From the NCBI GenBank assembly GCA_030390025.1, contig CM059452.1:10044001-10108000 (forward strand): a DNA stretch of 64,000 nt. Direction: 5' to 3'. A program made the translations under genes and the position numbers. The notes below the pieces were generated by a model. That model had not been told where the DNA came from. It saw only the letters and a list, made by a program, of their open reading frames with translations, and did not search any database. The stretch is from Squalus acanthias (lineage: Eukaryota). Of the stretch, positions 49,540 through 63,156 are shown piece after piece; the stretch's first letter is position 1, and every line of letters begins with the position of its first letter.

Positions 49540-49870
49540 GGAGGATGTCAGGAGCCCCGTGCGCAGGCGCGGGACAGGCTCTGCGCGGTCGCCGGGCGGA
49601 GCTGCAGGAGCGGGGTCGGGAGATTAATAAACTGCGGGTAGGCCGCGACGCAGTGTTTATAAAGTTGGAGAATGGCCTCAGGCTCGAATGAGATCCAGCG
49701 GCCCGGTCTGTGTTCAACCAGACGGCAGCGGTGAGGCTTTTTCTCGGTAATAGGCCCGGGTTACGCGCCGCCATCTTGGTGGAGGAAAGACGGACCGGTT
49801 TCACCTGCAGTACGGCGCATGTGCGGCCATCTTTGTACAGGAACAAAGAGTGGGCGGGGCTTCAGGGTCC
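49540..49870 (+). promoter_or_regulatory. CpG-island promoter-like region of an internally deleted ZNF copy
   Basis: GCCGCCATCTT, GCGCATGTGC and GC box; homologous to 44960-45260. Confidence 0.6.
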
Positions 49871-49928
49871 CAGTGACCAGGAGAGACAATCATTGACTCA
49901 TTGATTTTATTCTCACTCTGCACACTGA

Positions 49929-50249
<321 letters not shown>

Positions 50250-50969
50250 ACCATGTTCATTCTGGCAGTTCAGGTTTTTTCTGCTGATGTTAATAACCCC
50301 TATAACTGGGCTGGAGTTTAATATTTTGACATGTCAAATACATCAGCTTTGTATCAAACACACAGTGTGTCAAGTCCTTGATTTCTCCAAGATAAGAGGA
50401 GACGAATTGATGTCCTGTAACCGACTGCTCCATTTTTGGGCCTTTCCTCCTTTCTAACTCGAGATTATTTCAGTTCTCAGACCTTCGGTTACTCTCATGG
50501 ACAAGTCCCAGCTCGCCATACATTCCAGAGTGCCTCTCCTAGCCTTGGTATCCAGGGAAGGTATCGGTAACACGCCCGGGATCACTAAACACAAAACCCA
50601 GTCTGTTAATCACTGTCAGCTACTGGACTTAGCGTGTGACCCACAGCATCTCTCTCACCTTCGATGTGTGAAGAGAGCATCACGCCTGCAAACCTGGTTT
50701 AGATTTTAATTCCCTCAGGAAATGTATTTAGCAGAAGATGAACAAGTAAACAGATCATGGCCCAATAAGCCAGCTCTATAGTCACAGGAGAAAATCTGTT
50801 TTCTAACTCCTTGAGTGAACAGAATAAAGATAGATCGTAAATGTACGAGCCCTTCGTATCTGTTGTAAATAAATTTTAAATCCTGACCGATTCTGTGCTT
50901 ATTATAGATTTCCCCATCCCTGTGGGAGTCGAATTTGGTCAAAAACTGCTTCTTGGAAATTTCTTTCAA

Positions 50970-51660
50970 ATGTAACCCTGCTATTCAAGAAAGGAGGGAG
51001 AGAAAAAACAGTGAACTATAGGTCAGTTAGCCTGACATCAATAGCAGCGAAAATGCTAGAATCTATTATTAAGGACATGGTATCAGGGCACTTGGGAAAT
51101 CACAATATGATTAGACAGAGTCAACACGGATTTATAAAAGGAAAATCGTGTTTGAAAAATCTGTTAGAGTCTTTTGAGGGTGTAACTAACTGGGTAGATA
51201 AGGGGGAACCAGTGGATGTAGGATATTTGGATTTTCAGAAGGCATTTGATAAGGTGCCACACAATAGGTTGTTACACAAGGTTAGGGCTCATGGGTTTGG
51301 GGGTAATATCTGAGCATGAATTGAGGATTCGTTAACGGACAGAAAACAGAGAGTAGGGATAAACGGGTCATTTTCAGGGTGGCAGGGTGTAACTAGTGTG
51401 GTACCACAAGGATCAGTGCTTGGCCCTCAGCTACTTCAATGAGTTAGATGAGGGATCCGAGTGTAATAGGTGGGAAAGTAAGCTGTGAGGAGGACGTAAA
51501 TAGGCTGCAAAGAAATATAGACCGGTTCAGTGAGTGGGCAAGAAGGTGGCAGATGGAGTATAATGTGGAGAAATGTGAAGTTATCCACTTTGGTAGGAAG
51601 AATGGAAAAGCAGAATATTTTTTAAAAGGTGAGAGACCAGTAAAGGTTGGGATTCAGAGG
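50970..51660 (+). mobile_element. CR1 internal fragment
   Basis: NYRSVSLTS and [13 protein letters not shown]. Confidence 0.85.
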
Positions 51661-52961
51661 ATTTCACAGAATCATAGAATGGTTACAGCACGGAAGAAGG
51701 CCATTCGGCCCGTCGAGCCCGTGCCAACTCTCAGCTAGTCCCACTCCCCCGCCCTTTCCCCTGCAAATTTTATTCCTTCAGATATTTATCCAACTCCCTT
51801 TTGAAAGATAAGATTGAGTTTGCCATTCCAGATCTTAACCACTCGCTGCGTAAAAAAGCTTTTTCTTACATCACCTTTGGTTCTTTTGCCAATCACCTTA
51901 AATCTGTGTCCTCTGGTTCTCGACCCTTCTGCCAATGGGAACAGTTTCTCTCTATCTACTCTGTCCAGACCCCTCAGGATTTTGAACATCTCTATCAAAT
52001 CTCCTCTCAATCTTCTCTGCTCCAAGGAGAACAACCCCAGCTTCTCCAGTCTATCCACGTAACTGAAGTCCCTCATCCCTGGAATCATTCTTGTAAATCT
52101 TTTCTGCACCCTCTCTAAGGCCTTCACATCCTTCCTAAAGTGCGGTGCCCAGAATTGGACACAGTACTCCAGTTGGGGTCGAACCAGTGTTTTATACAGG
52201 TTCATCATAATTTCCACACTTTTGTACTCTATACCTCTATTTATGAAGCCCAGGATCCCGTAAGCCTTTTTAACTGTTTTCTCAACCTGCCCTGCCACCT
52301 TCAACGATTTGTGCACACATACCCCCAGGTCTCTCTGTGCACTCCCTTTAGGATTGTACCATTTAGTTTATATTTCCTCTCCCCATTCTTTCTACCAAAA
52401 TGTATCACTTCACACTTTTTTGCGTTAAATTTCATGTACCATGTGTCCGCACATTTCACCAGCCTGCCTATGTCTTCCTGAAGTCTATCACTCTCCGCCT
52501 CACTGTTCACTATACTTCCAAGTTTTGTGTCATCTGCAAATTTTGAAATTGTACACCCGCATCCAATTAATATGTATCAAGTAAAGCAGTGGTCCTGGAA
52601 CCGACCCCTGGGGAACACCACTGTATACCTTCCTCTAGTCCGAAAAACAACCGTTCACCACTATTCTCTGTTTTCTGTCACTTAGCCAATTTTGTATCCA
52701 TGCTGCCACTGTCTCTTTTATTCCATGGGCTTCAACTTTGCTGGCAAGCCTATTATGTGGCACTTTGTCGAACGCCTTCTGGAAATCCATGTACACAACA
52801 TCAACTGCATTACCCTCATCAACCCTCTCTGTTACCTCATCAAAAAACTCAGTCAAGTTCGCTAAACACGATTTGTCTTTAATAATATTATGGCCGGTAC
52901 CTCCGCGATTTCCTCCCTCAGCATCCCATCTGCTCCTGGTGATTTATCTACTTTAAGTACA

Positions 52962-53891
52962 AAAATGAGAAGTCGCACAACAGCAGGTTATAGTCCAACA
53001 GTTTTATTTAAAATTACGAGCTTTCGGAGCTCTGCTCCTTCGTCAGGTAAAGGTACAGTGAGGGAATCTAATACACAGTATATACACAGAGAACAAATTG
53101 TCTGCAGAGATACAATCTGTTAGGGAGGCATTACATCAAAGACACAGCAGAGTACAGCTAAGACAATGAGGTGGGTCACAGGGGGTCGAACGTGTCAAAT
53201 CCTGCCATCTGCAGTTAAGCTTTTAACTTTTTTTTGGTGTTTTTTTTTAAAAACTGGAAAGATAGACAACGATGTCGAGTCACGTTCTGTAGCGTGACAT
53301 GAACCCGATATCCCTATTGAGGCCGTCCTCATGGGTGCGGAACTTGGCTATCAGTTTCTGCTCGATGATTTTGCGTTGTCGTGTGTCTCGAAAGCCGCCT
53401 TGGAGAACGCTTACCCGCAGATCCGAGGCTGAATGTCCTTGACAGCTGAAGTGTTCCCCGACTGGGAGGTAACAATCCTGCCTGGCGATTGTTGCGCAGT
53501 GTCCGTTCATACGTTGTCTCAGTGTCTGCATGGTCTCGCCGATGTACCATGCCGCGGTGCATTCTTTCCTGCAACGTGTCAGGTAGACAACGTTGGCCGA
53601 GTCATATGAGTATGTACCATGTACCTGGTGGGTAGTGTCCTCACGTGTGATGGTGGTATCTGTGTTGATGATCTGGCATGTCTTGCAGAGTTTCCCGTGG
53701 CAGGGTTGTGTGGTGTCGTGGTCGCTGTTCTCCTGACAGCTGGGTAATTTGCTGCGAACGATGGTACTTCTGAGGTTAGGCGGCTGCTTGAAGGCGAGTA
53801 GTGGAGGCGTGGGGATGGCCTTAGCGAGGTGTTTGTCGTCATCGATGACATGTTGAAGGCTGCGAAGAACATGGCGTAGTTTCTCCTAAAA
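52962..53891 (-). mobile_element. Penelope-like retroelement (GIY-YIG endonuclease region plus 3' terminal repeat)
   Basis: Minus strand NVVYL..C....YIGETMQTLRQRMNGH...PVGEHF...GLNRD; 8-bp direct repeat taagtaca at 52954-52961 and 53892-53899. Confidence 0.85.
53014..53050 (-). ncRNA. Minimal hammerhead ribozyme motif
   Basis: ttac-CTGACGA-a-ggagc(aga)gctcc-GAAA-gc-TC-gtaa, all core nucleotides intact. Confidence 0.75.
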
Positions 53892-55749
53892 TAAGTACAG
53901 CCAGCCTTTCTAATACCTCTTTATCAATTTTTATCCCATCCAGTGTCTCCACTACCTCCTCCTTCACTATGTCTATGGCAGCATCCTCTTCCTTGGTGAA
54001 GACAGATACAAAGTACTCGTTTAGTACCTCAGCCATGCCCTCTGCCTCCATGCATAGGTCTCCTTTTTGGTCCCTAATCGGCCCCACCCCTCCTCTTACG
54101 ACCCGTTTACTATTTAAATGCCTATAGAAGACTTTTGGATTACCTTTTATAGTGGCTGCCATTCTATTCTCATACCCTCGCTTTGCCCCTCTTATTTTCT
54201 TTTTCACTTCTCCTCTGACCTTTTTATATGTAGCCTGATTCTCAGTTGTATTTGCAACCTGACATCTGTCATACGCACTCTTTTTCTGCTTCATCATATT
54301 CTCTAACTCTTTCGTCATCCAGGGAGCCCTGACTTTCCCCCTAGTGGGAATGTACCTCAACTGTACCTGAACTATTTCCTCTTTAAAGGCAGCCCATTGT
54401 TCCATTACAGTTTTGCCTGCCCATCTTTGATTCCAGTTTACCCGGGCCAGATCCGTTCTCATCCCACTGTAATTGGCCTTCCCCCAGTTAAACATTTTTA
54501 CTCCAGACTGCTCCCTGTCCTTTTCCATAGCTAATCTAAACCTTATGATACTATGAACACTGTTCCCTAAATGTTCCCCTACTGACACTTGCTCCACTTG
54601 ACCTACCTCATTCCCCAGAACCAGATCCAGCAATGCCTCCTCCCTCGTCGGGCCGGAAACATACTGATCAAGAAAGTTCTCCTGAACACACTTCAGAAAT
54701 TCTTCCCCTTCTCTGCCCTTAATACTATTACGATCCCAGTCTATATTAGGATAGTTGAAGTCCCCCATTATCACTACTCTATAGTTCTTGCACCTCTCTC
54801 TAATTTCTCTGCAAATTTGCTCCTCCATATCTTTCCCACTATTTGGTGGTCTATAGAATACACCTAGTAGTGTAATGGCACCTCTATTATTTCTTAACTC
54901 TCGCCATGTAGATTCTGTCCTTGACCCCTCCAGGACATCCTCCCTCTCCAGCACTGTAACATTCTCCTTGACCAATACTGCCACACCACCTCCGACCTTT
55001 CCTTCCCTATCTTTCCTGAACACTCTATAACCAGGAATATTTAATACCCAATCCTGCCCTTTTTTGAGCCAGGTCTCAGTTATTGCCACAACATCATATT
55101 GCCATGTGGCTATTTGTGCCTGCAGCTCACTTACCTTGTTTACTACGCTTCGTGCGTTCACATACAGACACTGTAAACCCATCTTAGACCATCCTGTATT
55201 CTCTCTTAGTTTGACCTCACCTAATACCTTACTATCTCTTACTTTAGTGCTCTCTGCCTATCCCAATCCTGTGAGCACTTTATTTCCCCTTTCTAATGTT
55301 TCATCCTGGTGCCCACCCCCCTGCCAAATTAGTTTAAACCCTCCCCAACAGCACCAGCAAACCTCCCCGTGAGGATATTGCTTCCGGCCCTGTTGAGGTG
55401 CAAGCCTTCAGGCCTGTACAGGTCCCACCTCCCCCAGAACCAGTCCCAATGCCTCACGAATCTAAAGCCCTCCCTTCTGCACCTTCTCTCCAGCCACACA
55501 TTCATCTGCTCTGTCCTCCTATTTCTATACTCACGAGTGCGTGGCACCGGGAGTAATCTGGAGATTACTACCTTTGAGGTCCTGCTTTTTAATCTCTCCT
55601 AGCGCCCTAGAATCTGCCTGCAGGACCTCATCCCTCTTTCTACCTATGTCGTTGGTACCGATATGGACCACGACCTCTGGCTGTTCACCCTCCCCCCTCA
55701 GAATGTTCAGGGACCGGGGCCAGGGGAGGCTGTAGGGCTTTAAAAGAAA

Positions 55750-56138
55750 AAGAAAGACTTGCATTTATATAGCGCCTTTCACGACCACCGGACGTCTCAA
55801 AGCGCTTTACAGCCAATGAAGTACTTTAGAAATGGAGTCAGTGTTGTAATGTGGGAAACGCGGCAGCCAATTTGCGCACAGCAAGGTCCCACAAACAGCA
55901 ACGTGATAATGACCTGATAATCTGTTTTTGTTATGTTGGTTGAGGGATAAATATTGGCCAGGACACCGGGGATAACTCCCCTACTCTTCTTTGAAATAGT
56001 GCCGTGGGATCTTTTACATCCACCTGAGAGAGCAGACGGGGCCTCGGTTTAATGTCTCCGCCGAAAGACGGCACTTCTGACAGTGCAGCACTCCCTCAGC
56101 ACTGCACTGGAGTGTCAGCCTAGCTTTATGTGCTCAAG
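55750..56138 (-). mobile_element. tRNA-derived SINE (3' part; the 5' part lies at 58016-58062), split by a CR1 insertion
   Basis: Homologous to 20875-21100; tgctcaag|...|aagtccctggagtgggac rejoins across the LINE. Confidence 0.75.
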
Positions 56139-58015
56139 CTAAAAAAAGAGCTTAGGAGAGCTAGGAGGGGGCATGAGAAGTCCTTGGCGGGTCGGATCAA
56201 GAAAAACCCCAAGGCTTTTTACTCTTATGTGAGAAATAAAAGAATGACCAGGGTGAGGGTAGGGCCGGTCAAGGACAGTAGTGGGAACTTGTGCATGGAG
56301 TCAGAAGAGATAGGAGAGGTGATGAATGAATACTTTTCGTCAGTGTTCACCGAGGAGAGGGGCCATGTTCTTGAGGATGAGAGTGTGATAAAGGTGGATA
56401 GGCTGGAGGTGGTAGATGTTCTGAGGGAAGATGTTTTAGCAATTTTGAAGAACCTGAGGGTCGATAAGTCCCCTGGGCCAGATGGGATATATCCTAGGAT
56501 TCTTTGGGAGGCAAGGGAGGAGATTGCAGAGCCTCTGGCTTTGATCTTTGGGTCCTCACTGTCCACGGGGATGGTGCCAGAGGACTGGAGAGTGGCGAAT
56601 GTTGTTCCTCTCTTCAAGAAAGGAAATAGGAATGACCCTGGTAATTATAGGCCGGTTAGTCTTACTTCGGTGGTTGGTAAGATAATGGAAAAGGTCCTGA
56701 GGGATAGGATGTATGACCATTTGGAAAGGGGCAACTTAATCAGGGATAGTCAACACGGATTCGTGAAGGGTAAGTCTTGCCTAACAAATTTGATTGAATT
56801 CTTTGAGGAGGTAACTAAGTGTGTAGATGAAGGTAGAGCAGTTGATGTCGTATACATGGATTTTAGTAAGGCGTTTGATAAGGTTCCCCATGGTCGTCTC
56901 ATGAAGAAAGTAAGGAGTTGCGGGATAGAGGGAAATTTGGCCGATTGGATAAGTAACTGGCTATCTCATAGAAGGCAGAGGGTGGTGGTGGATGGAACAT
57001 TTTCGGAATGGACACCAGTTACCAGCGGTGTGCCACAGGGGTCGGTGCTGGGTCCTCTGCTGTTTGTGATTTTTATCAATGACTTGGAGGAGGGGACTGA
57101 AGTGTGGATCAGTAAATTTGCTGATGACACCAAGATTGGTGGAGTAGTGGATGAGGTGGAGGGCAGTTGTAGGCTGCAAAGAGACATTGATAGGATGCAG
57201 AGCTGGGCCGAAAAATGGCAGATGGAATTTAACCCTGATAAGTGCGAGGTGATTCATTTTGGTAGGGCAAATTTGAATAAGGATTACAGGGTCAACGGCA
57301 GGGTTCTGAGGAACGTGGAGGAGCAGAGGGATCTGGGGGTTCATATCCACAGATCTCTGAAGGTTGCCACTCAAGTGGATAGAGCAGTAAAGAAGGCCTA
57401 TGGTGTGTTGGCGTTTATTAACAGAGGGTTTGAGTTTAAGAACCGTGAGGTTATGCTGCAACTGTACAGGACCTTGGTGAGACCACATTTGGAATATTGT
57501 GTGCAGTTCTGGTCACCTCACTATAGGAAGGACGTGGAAGCATTGGAAAGAGTGCAAAGGAGATTAACCAGGATGCTGCCTGGTTTGGGCGGGAGGTCTT
57601 ATGAGGAAAGATTGAGGGAGTTGGGGCTTTTCTCTTTAGAGCGGAGGAGGATGAGAGGCGAATAAATAGAGGTTTATAAGATGATGAGGGGGATAGATAG
57701 AGTGGATGTTCAGAGACTATTTCCTCGGGTAGAGGCAGCTGTTACAAGGGGGCATAACTATAAGGTGCATGGGAGGAGATATAGAAGGGATGTCCGAGGT
57801 AGATTCTTTACTCAGAGAGTGGTTGGAGTGTGGAATGGACTGCCTGCTGTGATAGTGGAGTCGGACACTTTAGGAACTTTCAAGCGGTTATTGGATAAGC
57901 ACATGGAGCACACCAGAGTGATAGGGAGTGTGATAGCTTGATCTTGGTCTCGGACAATGCTCGGCACAACATCGAGGGCCGAAGGGCCTGTACTGTGCTG
58001 TACTGTTCTATGTAT
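56139..58015 (+). mobile_element. 5'-truncated CR1 with intact RT core
   Basis: 511-aa ORF nearly identical to 10051-11908. Confidence 0.95.
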
Positions 58016-58159
58016 AAGTCCCTGGAGTGGGACCTGAACCCACAACCTTCTGACTCAGAGGTGACTTATTCCCCTTATTGGACACAAGGCTCTTTGTCTC
58101 ACAACGCACTGTCTCAGATTTTAAAGATGTTTCAATCACCAGAAAAAGATGAAGTACAA

Positions 58160-58470
58160 TATTAAATAAATCTGGAATGAAAAGTTTGTATCAGTAATGG
58201 TGACCATGAAACTATCGGATTGTCGTAAAAACCCATCTGGTTCACTAATGTCCTTTAGGGAAGGAAATCTGCCGTCCTTACCTGGTCCGGCCTATCGGTG
58301 ACTCCAGACCCACAGCAATGTGGTTGACTCTTAACTGCTCTCTGAAATGGCCCAGCGAGTCACTCAGTTGTATTCAGAAGGCGGCTCACCACCACCTTCG
58401 AGGGCAATTAGAGATGGGCAATAAATACTGGCCTTGCTGGCGATGCCCACATCCTGTGAATGAATAAAAA
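58160..58470 (+). mobile_element. SINE-like repeat with an L2-type (tgaa)n tail
   Basis: Recognised from memory as a recurrent vertebrate SINE body, ending gcccacatcctgtgaatgaataaaaa; family not assigned. Confidence 0.45.
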
Positions 58471-58484
58471 CACACAGTGGTCAG

Positions 58485-58880
58485 CTTAAGAACATAAGAA
58501 TTAGGAGCAGGAGTGGGCCATACGGCCCCTCGAGCCTGCTCCACCATTCAATAAGATCATGGCTGATCATCGACCTCAACTCCACTTTCCTGCCCGATCT
58601 CCATATCCCTTGATTCCCCAGAGTCCGAAAATCAATCTCAGCCTTGAATATACTCAACGATTCAGCATCCACAGCCCTTTGGGGCAGAGAATTCCAAAGA
58701 TTCACAACCCTCTGAGTGAAGAAATTCCTCCTCATCTGTCTTATATGGCTGAGCCCTTATCCCGAGACTATGCCCCTAGTTCTGGACTCTCCAGCCAGGG
58801 GAAACAACCTGTCAGCATCTACCCTGTCAATCCCACTCAGAATCTTATATGTTTCAATGCGATCACCTCTCATTCTTCCA
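58485..58880 (-). mobile_element. CR1 3' fragment
   Basis: MRRNFFTQRVVNLWNSLP, reverse ttcttatg tail. Confidence 0.85.
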
Positions 58881-58889
58881 AGTCCCATT

Positions 58890-59466
58890 AAACACTCCCA
58901 GGGCAGGTACAGCACAGGTTAGATAAAGAGTAAAGCTCCCTCTACACTGTCCCATCAAACACACCCAGGGCAGGTACAGCACAGGTTAGATACAGAGTAA
59001 AGCTCCCTCTACACTGTCCCATCAAACATTCCCAGGGCAGGTACAGCACGGGTTAGATACAGAGTAAAGCTCCCTCTACACTGTCCCATCAAACACTCCC
59101 AGGGCAGGTACAGCACGGGTTAGATACAGAGTAAAGCTCCCTCTACACTGTCCCATCAAACACTCCCAGGGCAGGTACAGCACGGGTTAGATATAAGAGT
59201 AAAGCTCCCTCTACACTGTCCCATCAAACACACCCAGGGCAGGTACAGTACGGGTTAGATACAGAGTAAAGCTCCCTCTACACTGTCCCATCAAACACTC
59301 CCAGGGCAGGTACAGCACGGGTTAGATACAGAGTAAAGCTCCCTCTACACTGTCCCATCAAACACTCCCAGGGCAGGTACAGCACGGGTTAGATACAGAG
59401 TAAAGCTCCCTCTACACTGTCCCATCAAACATTCCCAGGGCAGGTACAGCACAGGGTTAGATACAG
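58890..59466 (-). repeat. 67-bp minisatellite, ~8.5 units, followed by a ~48-bp repeat x3 (to ~59600)
   Basis: Reverse complement of the 7530 unit; then cagtcactgacaccaatctcctccagtctgatataaaccaacccca. Confidence 0.95.
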
Positions 59467-60151
59467 TCACTGACACCAATCTCCTCCAGTCTGATATAAA
59501 CCAACCCCACAGTCACTGACACCAATCTCCTCCAGTCTGATATAAACCAACCGCACAGTCACTGACGCCAATCTCCTCCTGTCTGATATAAACCAAACCC
59601 ACAGGCCCAGAAAGATTAAACTCAGCCGTTATTTCGATTGGACTTGTCTCCATTCCCGTGCCGAGGGGGTTGCTGTACCAGACGGGAGGGGCAACATTTG
59701 GGGACTCTCGATTCTCCACCAATTCCCATTCCCCTTCTTTCTAGTGGATAATGGAGGTGTCACTGTGTGTAATGTGCAAGTCAGTAAAAATTGTCAGCGA
59801 GGATTAATCAGCACTTTCTAATTGGAGGTGTTAATCAGTGGAAACTTTTCGGACAATAAATTGTAGATTTTGTACCAAAGGTCAATTTAGGGTTAAAGTA
59901 AAATTCATAATTTTATTGTCAAATAATTTCTTCTGAAAGTCCTGAATTAAGGGGAAAGGTCACAGACAGCGGTTCTTAAAGGGATACTGCAGCCCCAACA
60001 AGTCAATCAGCTATATATCCAGAATATTAAACTCCAGCCAGTTATACGGTTATTAACATCAGCAGAAACAAACCCCAACTGTCAGAATGAACACGGTTCA
60101 GTCCTGGATGTGATTAACAGCAGCAATAACAGCAGAATCCAACCCCTGCAG

Positions 60152-60600
60152 TCACTTGTGAACTCGCTGGTGTCTCAGCATGCTGGACGATCGAGAGAAA
60201 CCCTTTCCACACACGGAGCAGGTGAACGGTCTCTCCCCAGTGTGAATTCGTTGGTGTGTCAGCAGGCTGGATGATCGAGTGAATCCCTTCCCACACACGG
60301 AGCAGAGTGAACGGCCTCTCCCCAGTGTGAACTGGCTGGTGTGTCAGCAGGTTGGATGACTGAGTGAATCCCTTCCCACATACGGAGCAGGTGAACGGCC
60401 TCTCCCCAGTGTGAGTGCGCTGGTGTACAATGAGATTGAATGACTGCCTGAAGCTTTTCCCACAGTGAGAGCAACTGAATGGTTTATCGTCAGTGTGAAC
60501 TCGCTGGTGCTGAATCAGTTCCTCAGAGCTTTTAAAGCAGTTCACACAGTCGGAGCATTTAAAAGGTCTCTCGTCAGTGTGAACTCGCTGGTGTCTCAGA
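60152..60600 (-). pseudogene. C2H2 zinc-finger 3' end running into the assembly gap, with a 1-nt frameshift near 60306
   Basis: About 5 fingers and the family 3' UTR; flank 59625-60150 duplicates 41800-42330; the frameshift could be a sequencing error near a contig end. Confidence 0.7.
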
Positions 60601-60800
60601 NNNNNNNNNNNNNNNNNNNNNNNNNNNNNNNNNNNNNNNNNNNNNNNNNNNNNNNNNNNNNNNNNNNNNNNNNNNNNNNNNNNNNNNNNNNNNNNNNNNN
60701 NNNNNNNNNNNNNNNNNNNNNNNNNNNNNNNNNNNNNNNNNNNNNNNNNNNNNNNNNNNNNNNNNNNNNNNNNNNNNNNNNNNNNNNNNNNNNNNNNNNN
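60601..60800. other. Assembly gap (200 N)
   Basis: Run of n. Confidence 1.
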
Positions 60801-60924
60801 GGCACCAGTTGAACTGAAAGGAAATGAAAGTCAGTTGTTGTGAATGTGGGTTGTTGTTGTTTTTGTGCAGTTCAGAAAGGGTCAAATCTGCCAGCAGAAA
60901 CTGTGAATTTCCAAACTCCAATTC

Positions 60925-61360
60925 ATAGAATCATAGAATGGTTAAAGCACGGAAGAAGGCCATTCGCCCCGTCGAGCCCGTGCCGACTCTCAGCTGGTCC
61001 CACTCTCCTGCACTTGCCCCGTAAATTTGCCAGTATCTCCGCAATTTCTTCCCTCAATTCCGTCAGCATCCGAGGATGCATCCCATCCACTCCTGGTGAT
61101 TTATCTACATTAAGTACAGCCAGCCTGTCTAATACCTCGTCTTTATCAATGTTTATCTTATCAAGTGTCGACACTACCTCCTCCTTCGCTGTCTATGTCA
61201 GCATCCTCTTCCTTGGTGAAGACAGATGCAAAGTGCTCGTTTAGTACCTCAGCCATACCCTCTGTCTCCATGCATAGGTCTCCTTTTTGGTCCCTAATCG
61301 GCCCCACCACCCCTCTTACTCCCCTTTTACTATTTATATGCCGATAGAAGACTTTCATCT
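60925..61360 (-). mobile_element. CR1 fragments
   Basis: Reverse attctatg tail; DKSPGVDGMHPR and VLNEHFASVFT. Confidence 0.85.
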
Positions 61361-62695
61361 GATTGATGTTTCTGTCCCTGTAAGTGTTGATGTACAAGGC
61401 TCTACATTCGCCATCAGCCTCAGTGTAACACATCGCATCATTAACGCGCGCTGGAAACGTCCCCATAGATACACTTGCTGTCTCTTTTCACTCAGTATCC
61501 GAACAGTGTAAAAGTTCTCATTGTATCCGCCAGAGGGCACTCTGGTCCCATGTTACTCGCTGCTCCCTCGGGACTCGCTCCCGTGTTCTCCCTGATTTAT
61601 GTAAATCCGTCAAAATTTGAAACCTGTTTATATCTGTATTTGTGTTCCCCCCTCCCTTTTGTTTTGGCAGTTATTCATCGCCACAATCTCTACCACGCTT
61701 TTGAATTATTTCCTGATACTGAAACTCTTAAAGAAACTGCGAGTGAAGTTTTTAGTAGTTGTGCAAAGCTACCGTTTGATAAAAAATATCTAATATATTA
61801 AAATAGGCAATTTAGGGCGCAGTGGTAGAGACAGGACTGTACCCTGGGTGAAGAGTTTCTCCCGTGTCACTAACCATCATTTCCCTTCCCATGTGATTAA
61901 TTTCAGCACAGTGGGATGGCGCCTCCTGTTCGTTTCGGTCAGACAGTATTCTAACGGTTCAACAGATATTCGGGGAAGGGGCTTCCTATTGCCCTCCGAG
62001 AAATTGCCAACGCCGTCAAATGATGGCGGGAAGACATTATCTGGGTGACAAAGTATCGGTTTGAATATAAATGAAGATGTTCAGTTTATTTCACCGACTG
62101 TCACTAATCAGACTGAGGTGGTTGACGGGGGTCGGGTTTGGTTAACATTCTGCTGGGGACACACAAGGGGAAGATTTCCGCTGGTCTCTCTGTGAAAATC
62201 TCCTCTGATAGTTGCTTTAGCGAAAACGTAAACGCATTTACAGTTTGGATAGAAATAGCGAGCAGAGGAAATATACAGCACAGAGCGGAGAGTTCAGTGT
62301 AAAATGTTTGAGGAGCATGAACCTAATGCTCTCGGTGAGCCGTCACACACCGACAGAAATTAAACAAACACTCAGTGTGAGCGATTCGGTCCCATTAAAT
62401 AAATCCCTAAACCTCAGCAAAGCTGAAGCTTTCCTCACACCCGAGACTCCGCTCACTGAGTGACTGATTCCACCCTCAGATACGTCAAGCTGTGGCTCAA
62501 AGGGCTTCAGGTGACCCATGACGCTCATTTGAATCTCAACTGAATATATCGGCGGGTGGATTGGAGATTGCGTCATTGGAGGGAAACAATGAGAGCAGGA
62601 AGTGACGGTGAACTAATAGAAGCCTCTGCCGGGGTCTATTCCGGTTAGGGATTGGACTTTTAACGGGACCGACAGGTTCGGGCTCGGCAGCGGCC

Positions 62696-62741
62696 ATGCG
62701 GATATTCAGCGCCTGGGTTGTGTTCGGGGTGTTTATTGTTG
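62696..62741 (+). CDS. TCR V gene leader exon
   Basis: gccATG; hydrophobic MRIFSAWVVFGVFIV; phase-1 donor g|gtaagc; 105-nt intron to ttacag at 62846. Confidence 0.85.
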
Positions 62742-62846
62742 GTAAGCATGAGTCCAATCATGTCGTGTTCAAACTAAAGTGTTAATATTATTTCACTAAC
62801 ACCATTTGATACTTGATCTTATCTTGTGCCTGAACACATGTTACAG

Positions 62847-63156
62847 ATCAGAGTGATGGAGATTCTGTTACTCAGTCCCAGTCTTCAGTGATCATCAGAG
62901 AAGGTGAAGCGCTGACTATAAGATGTACCTATAGTACCGCAGCCAACTACTATTATTTATATTGGTACCGGCAGCAGCCAGAGAAGGAGCCCCAGTTTGT
63001 TGTGTGGAGACGGTCTTCGGACACACGGAAAGAGAATGGAGAAGGTTTCAGACGCCGTTTTTATGCAGAGCTCCAGACCTCGACTAAATTCATCAGTTTA
63101 ACCATCTCGGGGCTGCAGCTGACTGACGCTGCCGTGTATTACTGCGCCCTGAGACT
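62847..63156 (+). CDS. T-cell receptor alpha/delta-type variable gene segment (V exon)
   Basis: DSVTQ...LTIRCTY...LYWYRQ...LTISGLQLTDAAVYYCALR V-set hallmarks, in frame with the leader, no stops. Confidence 0.9.

Larger units (their letters stand above)
51665..55720 (-). mobile_element. Long CR1 with ORF1 esterase (SGNH-like) remnant and ORF2, interrupted by a Penelope element
   Basis: VVVHIGTNDIG and GLHLN motifs (55330-55700), APE ORF 53900-55182, RT and 3' fragments 51665-52960. Confidence 0.9.

Noticed and set aside
60465-60921. ORFs spanning the N run
   Set aside because: Artefacts of the assembly gap
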